Origin: an uncultured Acidimicrobiia bacterium
Lineage (GTDB): Bacteria > Acidobacteriota > Terriglobia > Versatilivoradales > Versatilivoraceae
Assembly: GCA_963786955.1 (NCBI GenBank)
Contig: CAWBAT010000008.1
Coordinates: 256,001 to 320,000, forward strand
Length of the DNA stretch: 64,000 bases
Direction of reading: 5' to 3'
Shown here: positions 56,486 through 64,000 of the stretch, in pieces
Position numbering within the stretch: the stretch's first letter is position 1
How the letters are laid out: the number at the start of each line of letters is the position of its first letter
Translations under genes and position numbers: made by a program
Notes under the pieces: model-generated
The model's database searches: none
What the model was told of the DNA's origin: nothing
What the model saw: only the letters and a program-made list of their open reading frames with translations

Positions 56486-57676
56486 CTATCTGAACAGAAC
56501 TAATTTTGTAATACTACTTGATGTGCTAGTACTGCCCGGACCAGGAGGAGGAGTTGGAACTCCATTTACATCGCATGAACCCACAAATTGCATACAAATC
56601 GCTGCTGACGGCCCACTTGAACCACCAGGGTCCATTACAGGCCTATTTACCATGTAAAAGCACCCCGTACCTTTTACAACATAGTCGGATGAGGAGCCTG
56701 TGGGTATCGTCCCATCATTGATAGGCACGCGAAGAATTCTCCTATAGTTTGCGGTCCTAGGATTCTGTGACATGTATGTATCGTAATCCAAAGGGTTGGT
56801 TGTGACGTAGTCCTGGTCAAATCTGGTTTGGAGAGCTCTTGGAATGTTAGCCCCCCGATCACCTGTAATTGCTGGAAGAGTGGGGCCAGGTCCAACGCAA
56901 TTATTGCTAGAGCCATTAATAATAGTGTCTTTCAGGCATGGAGTGCCATTGCCACAACCACCCGTGTCAGCGAAATTAAAATTGCCCGTCGTACTGTTCG
57001 TGTGACCAATGTCAGCACAGACACTTCCGCTCGAGCTATCTCCTGGGTCTGTTCTCATTGCGTAGAAGGCTTTATAGATGTAACCGTAATTGCCGGTTGG
57101 GTCGGGATCTGGTAGAAGCCTTGGCGGACTGAAAGGGTCGAGCCCGTTGCAAACCGGTTTTTCCAGGCCGGATGCAAGAATCTGAGGAGACTGGCCGGCA
57201 ACAGCCTCCGCTCCAAAGTTTAAGAAGGCAGGAATTCCCGGAACCAACTTTGCAAAGACAATATCGGTTTGTTGTGGTGGAATCACTACTCTTACAAATC
57301 TTATGTTTGCTGCATTGCCTTGCGCAGTGGCCTTATCCACGTAGGTGCCGTTGAGTTGATCCGCAAATGTAATATTGGATTCCGCCAAGGTAATGTTTTG
57401 AGTATTAAACTCGGTCTTGTTATTGAGGCGGCTATTCAAATCTCTAGCTCGATCCACCGCAAGCTGGATACCACCAGATGTGCCATTCAACGCCGTTGCT
57501 CCGGACAGGGCACCGGCGTCCGCCATATTTTGAAGCTGGCCCTTGTTGTTGTACATGTGTCCTAAATCGATAGCGAGACCTAGAAATCCAACCAGTACAA
57601 ATAGGCTTGCTGCAACCAAATAAAGAATTGCACCGCGCTCTTTCTGACGGTCACTTCCAGACGAATTTCCGCTCAT
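56486..57676 (-). CDS. tadG: TadG-like pilus assembly/tip protein (cassette A)
   Basis: ERGAILYLVA, GLAIDLG, LQNMADAGALSGA Tad domain; Cys-rich C-terminal domain. Confidence 0.88.
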   Translation of the reverse strand: MSGNSSGSDRQKERGAILYLVAASLFVLVGFLGLAIDLGHMYNNKGQLQNMADAGALSGATALNGTSGGIQLAVDRARDLNSRLNNKTEFNTQNITLAESNITFADQLNGTYVDKATAQGNAANIRFVRVVIPPQQTDIVFAKLVPGIPAFLNFGAEAVAGQSPQILASGLEKPVCNGLDPFSPPRLLPDPDPTGNYGYIYKAFYAMRTDPGDSSSGSVCADIGHTNSTTGNFNFADTGGCGNGTPCLKDTIINGSSNNCVGPGPTLPAITGDRGANIPRALQTRFDQDYVTTNPLDYDTYMSQNPRTANYRRILRVPINDGTIPTGSSSDYVVKGTGCFYMVNRPVMDPGGSSGPSAAICMQFVGSCDVNGVPTPPPGPGSTSTSSSITKLVLFR

Positions 57677-58987
57677 CTCCCCCCCCAATAATTCTCCAGT
57701 AGTACATATTCCATTAAAATAATTTGCCAGCTTGTAACTATATTCCATCAGGAAAATTATTCCCTTAATTCTACAACTAAAAATGCAAGTCGAAAATAAG
57801 TTCAATGATGAAAACGAAGAATCCTGACGCCGAGACGCTCTAAGGCAATGTAATACCGGACTCCAATTTCGGAATTCCTCGTAACATGTGCAATCGCCCG
57901 GCCATTGATTCCCAACTAAGCCGCTCCGTCAGGACCCTTTATAAGAGACTGCTTGGATGTCACTATACCTCAACTAGATAGAATCAATTGCAAGCCCACC
58001 GCATGAAGCCGAATCTCAGAGGAAACCGAAAATGACCTTATGCGCAAAGGAAAGAAGTTGCCCAAGCTGAGCAGATGAATTCCATTCGCACCCTCACTAA
58101 GAAGGCAAGCAGACAAACTATCTTTAAACTTTCAAGTGAGCGTGCTGGGTTCTTAGTTTCAATTCTAGGAGGAATTTTCGGAAAGTGTAAGCAATATTTC
58201 ACTTGTCAAGCTGACCGATTTGGGATCAAGCCTCAAAAGATGCATATCTTATTTATATAGAATTACTTACGAGGCTGGCAAAGATCTTTTCTTCTCCTAC
58301 CTTCGCCGGAAGTAGGGATCGAAATTAGAAGTATGCTCCCGTAAGATTCCCATTAACCCTGGCTGGGAGAGACGCTGAAATGTCTTGATCGAGACCCTTG
58401 CCGGCAATCGTTTGGGGATGAGTTCTGGCGCGAAAGAGGCTTTCTCTTCTACTCCTGTAGGTCCGGTGAATTCGGGAACGATCAGACAGCCAGAAGAGGC
58501 TGACAGGAATCCTCGATCAGTTTGGCTGGGAAGCCGCCCACAAGGGCAAGGTTGAAGCAACCCGTGCCATCGAGCCCTTTTGAATGCTCTGGTATATCCC
58601 GGATTTTCTCCGAAACGATCGGAGTCATGTGTTCGAGTTACTGAAGAACTGAAACCGGAAAACCTAGTTCAGAACCTGAACAAGAAAGGAAACGCCGGAG
58701 AGAGCATGCCAGACAAGACGGGAATGGTGGTCGCGTATTTTTGAGCGGGTATGGAAGTCGGCAAGTTCACGGCCGCCATTGCTATAGATAAACAAATTGA
58801 AGCGAGGGTTTATTTCGAAACGATTCGGACCTTAAGCCCAATGCAAGCTATTTCAATACCAAGAAGTTATTGGATAGTTCATTGGAGGGAGAATCAGTAT
58901 TCCCTGAAGCGCGACCAAGAACTCGAGTTGCAAAGTGAGAGGTGGCCGCCGTCGGGGGTAAAGAAACACGAGCGAGCGGCTGGGTGG

Positions 58988-59485
58988 TCAGGGCACAGGG
59001 ACGCCCAACCCTTCTACGGGCAGGGTGGTTGTGAAAGGCGGTAGGGTCATGCTCCCACCAAAGAGGGGAACGATAAAATTGAAGGTATAACCGGTTACGC
59101 CAACCTGAACCACATCGGATTTGTATCGGGTTGCTGACATGTCGGTCCCGGTATTCGTTTTGAATATAACCGCTACATTACTAGTCGTCAGATCGCTGAG
59201 GACAGGAGATCCAGTGCCCGCCGCATTATGGTAAACCACCCAATTCTTAATGGCAGTATCGTTGGTAGGATCTGCGGTAACCGCATACCGCGCCCCAGCG
59301 CGCGTAGCCTGCACAATAGTGTTCCAGGTCCAAAGCCCTCGACCGAATTCAATAATCCCAAAGAGAAGGGTTAAAAACAAAATTGCAGCCAGGGCAAATT
59401 CAACCAAGGTCTGCCCTTTCTGAGAATTTTTTCCCAAGGAATCAAAACGATTATGGGTTCGCAGAAGTCGCATTGAGGTCAACAT
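58988..59485 (-). CDS. tadE: TadE-like minor pilin (cassette B)
   Basis: KGQTLVEFALAA, IIEFGR, RAGARYA; true start uncertain. Confidence 0.9.
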   Translation of the reverse strand: MLTSMRLLRTHNRFDSLGKNSQKGQTLVEFALAAILFLTLLFGIIEFGRGLWTWNTIVQATRAGARYAVTADPTNDTAIKNWVVYHNAAGTGSPVLSDLTTSNVAVIFKTNTGTDMSATRYKSDVVQVGVTGYTFNFIVPLFGGSMTLPPFTTTLPVEGLGVPVP

Positions 59486-60002
59486 AGCGCATCTCTACCC
59501 CCGGAGTGAAATTCAAATTCAAAGTAATCAGTCCCGCGATCACTGAAGTGTAAGGATAAGACGCGGAAACCTTTACCCATTCAGGGGGGGTCGTCCGGCT
59601 TGTTCCCCCACCACGCGGGGTAATCGTAACCATGGCCGTTGTCAATCCCGGTAGAATTGGGCTGCCACTTCCTCCGGTGTTCCCGTATACCACCATGTTC
59701 TGGACATTAGGAAACTCAAGAGCGGAGTCATAAGCATGTCCGCTCATGTAACGGGCGCCTTCGCGAACGGCCTTACTGAGCGTATTGTAGTGATAATAGG
59801 CTCTGCCAATCTCGATGGTTCCTACGACCACGAGAAGCAAAAAAGGGACAACCAGTGCGAATTCGACGAGACTCTGACCCTTCTGCTTCCGGTTCTGGTT
59901 GTACGTCGATGGTGGATGCTGAGCCCCGCCAATTTGGCAGGTGCCTCCGGGTTGTTTGAATTCATCAGCTCTTAACATGGCTAGACCTTGACTACTTTCC
60001 AA
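59451..60002 (-). CDS. tadE: TadE-like minor pilin (cassette B)
   Basis: KGQSLVEFALVVP, IEIGR, REGARY. Confidence 0.9.
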   Translation of the reverse strand: MESSQGLAMLRADEFKQPGGTCQIGGAQHPPSTYNQNRKQKGQSLVEFALVVPFLLLVVVGTIEIGRAYYHYNTLSKAVREGARYMSGHAYDSALEFPNVQNMVVYGNTGGSGSPILPGLTTAMVTITPRGGGTSRTTPPEWVKVSASYPYTSVIAGLITLNLNFTPGVEMRYVDLNATSANP

Positions 60003-60017
60003 AAATTTCTTATCGCT

Positions 60018-61181
60018 TCAACGCTGAATCACCAACTTAGTGATGCTTGGAAGTCCTATATCTGGAGGAGGGGGCGCGCTGGGATCGAAATAACCGCTCG
60101 CGGTGCACCTCCCGATAAATTCCCCATTGATATCCCCTCCATTGCCTCCAGGAACTTGCTCTCGCAAGAAGAAGCAGCCGTAAGTAAAAATGTAAGCGGG
60201 ACAATTCTTTCCAGAGGTAAATGGCGCCCAAACATATGGCTGAGTCGAAACAAATGGAAGAATGAATCGTCTCTTGTCATTGCCTCCCGCATCCTTATAA
60301 AGGGAGTACTGGTTAGTACAGCCTATGCCACACGTGTATTCGGTTTGAACGGTATCCTGCGTGAAGCGTGCATTCAATCCCTGCTGGACGGGACCCGCAG
60401 AAACTCCTGGTTTAGTGCAGATGGGAGTATTGAGCGTAATGCACCCTTCGGTGGACCCAGAAAGCAAGTCCCGGACGGTAGAGCCGCCGTGATTGCAATC
60501 AACCGGCGGGTCATTTGCCGCCAAAGCATCGCAGAAATCCAGGATCAAGTAATTTCCTGACCCTACGTTTGTAATATCGTTGTTCGGAGCCATACGAATA
60601 GTGTAATACTGTCCAGGTATGTACCGTTCGATGGTTCCATCAGCCTTTTGTGGGATAGGGGAGAGGGGGACAATCGCATCACAGATAGTGTTCAACGGAG
60701 GGCTTTGACCTGCCACCGCACTAGCAGCCACATTCTGGGTGGATCCTATGCCAGGGATAATCTTGATTAAAGCAAGATCCATGGTACGTGTCTTGGTGAC
60801 TTTAATGAACTTGATCGTAGGCGCTACAGCCGGATCACTAGCAGCTGCTGAACTCATGTATCCCGAATCCATTTGTGTGCTAAAGGTCACGTCAGCATCA
60901 ACCACTCCAACGGGGTTGTTGTTAAAGTAATATTTGTTAGCCGCGTTTATGGCGCTAGTCACCGCCCTATTAATCCCTGTTGGGGTCCCGCTCAACTGCC
61001 AGGCACCAGCCAAAGCTGCCGCATCCGTTGCATTTTGCAGGTCAGTTTTCACGTTGTATAACATTCCCATGTCGATGGCGAGACCTGCGAATCCGAGCAA
61101 AACAACCAGACTCGCCGCCACTACGTAAAGAATAGCACCACGCTCTTCTTTTCGATCAGTTCCAGACGAATCTTGACTCAT
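60018..61181 (-). CDS. tadG: TadG-like pilus assembly/tip protein (cassette B)
   Basis: ERGAILYVVA, GLAIDMG, LQNATDAAALAGA; divergent Cys-rich C-terminal domain. Confidence 0.88.
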   Translation of the reverse strand: MSQDSSGTDRKEERGAILYVVAASLVVLLGFAGLAIDMGMLYNVKTDLQNATDAAALAGAWQLSGTPTGINRAVTSAINAANKYYFNNNPVGVVDADVTFSTQMDSGYMSSAAASDPAVAPTIKFIKVTKTRTMDLALIKIIPGIGSTQNVAASAVAGQSPPLNTICDAIVPLSPIPQKADGTIERYIPGQYYTIRMAPNNDITNVGSGNYLILDFCDALAANDPPVDCNHGGSTVRDLLSGSTEGCITLNTPICTKPGVSAGPVQQGLNARFTQDTVQTEYTCGIGCTNQYSLYKDAGGNDKRRFILPFVSTQPYVWAPFTSGKNCPAYIFTYGCFFLREQVPGGNGGDINGEFIGRCTASGYFDPSAPPPPDIGLPSITKLVIQR

Positions 61182-62078
61182 CTTCCCCCCCAGAATTCTC
61201 ATAGTGCACCCATCTCCATTAAAATAAATCGTCAGCCTCTAACAAAATCTATAGGAAAATCTTTTCCTCGTTCTACTGCTTTGAATCCAAGTCGAGAAGA
61301 AGGTCAATCCTGAAGTTCGTAATCTTCAAATTGGTACACATCGACGCTTCTCCGTCACTGGGCCATGCATTTCCGACTTTATCTAGGCAATTGCCCAGCC
61401 AGTGAAAGGCACTAATCAGCTTAATTGATCCCGGCTAAAAAGGTTATTTGGATGTCAAAGTATATCAACCCGATGGGTTCATCTTACACAGCTTGAAAGC
61501 CAGGGTAACCATGGATAAGGTTGAGGAATTTCAGAAAGTTGCTCTAGTTTTGTTTCAATCCTGTTTGCCATTGACGGAAAGTGTAATCAGGCTTAGGCGG
61601 AGAAATGAGAGCTTTTCCTGCCGGCTCACTGAACAAATATCTGATTGATAAGAATAATCTTATTTGATTAGAGATAGTGCCTTCCAAAGGGGTTGTTCGA
61701 GGGTACAGATAAACGCAGGAATGACATAGATGCGAATCTGATTCGGTTGTTATCGCTAGAGATGGGTGAGCGTCTTCCCGGGTGGAGGGAACCAGGACTT
61801 TCTATAGCGATGTTAGCTCGGATTGTTGGCTTAGAAGGGGTGATCAGCTTTGTCATTTCGGGAGTGGATTATCAAGTACGCTTCATGGTCATAACAGCCT
61901 CCTAGAACCTGACCCTCAAAGAAGACAGCCTGCCTGGAGGGCGTAGTTCCACGACACCTTGCTTTCCAGCGAGCGCGGAGGGGACAAGGTCTCGCAGGAT
62001 TTCAACCCTCCAACTGCCATGCCAGGAGGTGAGTTTTTTCATGAAAGTGAGGCCCTGTAATCGACGCAAAGGAATTGG

Positions 62079-62837
62079 TTAACGGTTACCGTTTTTGGCA
62101 TTCAAAGTCGAGCCTGGATTGCGCGAACTTGCTGGTATTGCAGCGAAATCTTGCGTGATGTAAAGGTTGCCATCGGGTCCTTGCGCAATCCCGATTCCTA
62201 CGTCTGTGAATTTCTCGTATAAGATGGTGGCCCGGTGATTCTGTTGGAAACGGGCCTCCGCCATAAATCCGGCTTCCGCGTCCCGGACGCTTGGGTTGAG
62301 GGCAATGTTCTCTCCCGTTACCTGCCAAGGTATACCGGCTGCGGTTATTCGTGCCGAAGGGGTCCTTCCTTTCGGGTCGACATGGGCAATGAACTGTTGC
62401 TCAATCATGTGGCGAGAATGAGCTCGTGCAACCGCAGCTAGTTTTTCGTTCCAGCGGAGGGGTTTAGCACGGCCGCCAGTCTCAGCGAAATTTTTGCGAT
62501 CCACGCGGTCGCGGTTGACGAGTGCCCACATTTGTTTTTCCAAGTCGGCTATGCGATTCGCGCTGCTGCTTTGCCGGGGAGCTGTTCTACTGGGACCAGC
62601 CATCGGGGGAGTACTAAGGCTCGGACCGAAGTGAGGCGGCGCACCCGGTTTGCCGGGCTTCTTCTCTGTTGTGTTTCGGGGTGTCTGAACTTTCTGATCA
62701 GAGGGTCTGGCGATGTCTGACTTGGCAGGCGTTTGAGTTTGGTCTGAACTAACACAGGATATGGAGGCAGACCACATGAACCCAGCTACAAAAACCTCTA
62801 GCCAACAAAGAGGAATAGCTTTCATTCTCAACATCAT
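62079..62837 (-). CDS. CAP/SCP domain exported protein
   Basis: LVNRDR, LRWNEKLAAVARAHSRHM, GENIA, HRATIL, VGIG. Confidence 0.88.
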   Translation of the reverse strand: MMLRMKAIPLCWLEVFVAGFMWSASISCVSSDQTQTPAKSDIARPSDQKVQTPRNTTEKKPGKPGAPPHFGPSLSTPPMAGPSRTAPRQSSSANRIADLEKQMWALVNRDRVDRKNFAETGGRAKPLRWNEKLAAVARAHSRHMIEQQFIAHVDPKGRTPSARITAAGIPWQVTGENIALNPSVRDAEAGFMAEARFQQNHRATILYEKFTDVGIGIAQGPDGNLYITQDFAAIPASSRNPGSTLNAKNGNR

Positions 62838-62893
62838 TTTGAATCAGAGAAAGTCTTTAAAGGAGCGACGAAGGCGGGCCGCCGGTCGTGCGC

Positions 62894-63280
62894 TTAGTGG
62901 TCGTGGTCCTTGTCATGGTCCTTTTTATGGCCCTTGTAATAGTCCCGGTCGTGGTCCTTGTCCCAATGGTGGTCATGTTCAACCTGGCCCCGATTGCTCT
63001 TCCAGTACCCCGCAAAGTATCGTTCTCCGTCGTAATGAGGCGACATCCATCTAGCCCCTGCGTACGGTGGCCGAGTCCAATAACCTTCATGCCACTTGTA
63101 ATGCTTTTTCCCCGGATACCAATAACCGGCTACCCATACGAACTCGGGGCTTGGGCATGGAGGTAGAACGTGGACCACATAGGGAGGCGGTGGCGGGCCA
63201 ATCATGATTCCAATGGAGATGTCAGCGCCGAATGCCGATCCGCTGACCAGTAGCATCGCAGCAATCAATGTTGTCCTCAT
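62894..63280 (-). CDS. YXWGXW-repeat secreted protein
   Basis: Signal peptide, PPPP, FVWVAGYW, YKWHEGYW, FAGYW, His/Asp-rich tail. Confidence 0.85.
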   Translation of the reverse strand: MRTTLIAAMLLVSGSAFGADISIGIMIGPPPPPYVVHVLPPCPSPEFVWVAGYWYPGKKHYKWHEGYWTRPPYAGARWMSPHYDGERYFAGYWKSNRGQVEHDHHWDKDHDRDYYKGHKKDHDKDHDH

Positions 63281-63820
63281 GAAGCACCTCATGTTGTTTT
63301 AACCTCCTTTTATATGGCTGATGAAGCATAGCCCACCCAGAAGGTTTGCCGCTTTGCAAAACAAGACAGTTCTCAGCCAGCCGTATAACTTCAGATCATC
63401 TTTTCGGTTCATTTCTTCTAATACTTTACTTTCTCTCGCAAGGACTCGGAAGGTTATGATTTCTGCTTTCTTTTGAACTCACCAACTGTTCCCGCCTTCA
63501 CGGCACTTGGAGCAAAATCGTAATTCCCCTGGGTATCGTTTCCCACTTTTGTGAATGAAAGTTCATACCTTGATTAACTTCGTCCTCGTAAGTTGTTGTT
63601 TTTTCGTGACTGCCGTTTTGGGTGGTACCGTGCAGTCCAAGCGGGAAGAGGTGCTATGAAAATCCTCTTGAGGATACTGTTCTTCGCTGTGGCCTTTGGC
63701 TTCGACTCTAACCTATTTCCCGAATGCCAGCGCGGGGTCGATAGCAGAGAATATTGCTAGCTAATCAACCCGACAATTGCAGACAATTCCAACGTTCTTC
63801 AAGGGAGAGGAAAGCTTCCG

Positions 63821-64000
63821 ATGAGCCAATCGATATCTCAGGATCGAGATGGTTTTCATGTCCTGGAAGGGGAATTCACCTTCCAGGAAGAAACCTGGAA
63901 ACTTGCTCCCCAGAGTAAAAGAGCTGTGACGATCTGTAACCTATTCGTTAACCATCATTACAGTATCCCGGATGTCGCTCGCGTGCTCGATGAAAGCCGT
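63821..64000 (+). CDS. Hypothetical HTH-like protein, 3' partial (paralog of 53831)
   Basis: Manual translation MSQSISQDRDGFHVLEGEFTFQEETWKLAPQSKRAVTICNLFVNHHYSIPDVARVLDESR; RBS GGAGAGG; absent from the ORF track because it has no stop in the window. Confidence 0.75.
   Translation, partial: MSQSISQDRDGFHVLEGEFTFQEETWKLAPQSKRAVTICNLFVNHHYSIPDVARVLDESR

Noticed and set aside
57800-58980. Flp major pilin gene between the Tad cassettes
   Set aside because: No small ORF with a G-xxxx-EY Flp motif and hydrophobic helix was found by eye.

Overview
64 kb of bacterial chromosome at moderate GC. The gene families present suggest Acidobacteriota (inference). Many conserved genes are split by single-base frameshifts, most simply explained as long-read indel errors. 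Content in order: an OprO/P porin plus a sulfate ABC operon (sbp-cysTWA); a 3'-truncated IS110; a photolyase; a C1 peptidase; a REP-associated tyrosine transposase (RAYT) between inward-facing arrays of its REP; a TPR protein; a macrodomain protein; two tandem ~1370-aa secreted BNR beta-propeller paralogs; a TPP enzyme/3-hydroxyacyl-CoA dehydrogenase/SDR/MFS catabolic cluster; a GxxExxY nuclease gene exactly bracketed by 27-bp inverted repeats; an rve-type transposase; a GH42/ThuA/epimerase/MFS sugar cluster; ada; DUF3300-DUF2950; a PhyH dioxygenase; DUF2961-HEAT; a nucleotide-sugar dehydrogenase; and two tandem tadG-tadE-tadE minor-pilin cassettes plus an orphan tadE 3' remnant, flanked by two paralogs of an unannotated HTH-like family. 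Best candidates for something new: the IR-bounded GxxExxY mini-element, the RAYT with a two-linker REP array, the IS110 that splits a dispersed repeat, and the variable Tad tip cassettes. No database searches were run; all calls come from motif recognition.
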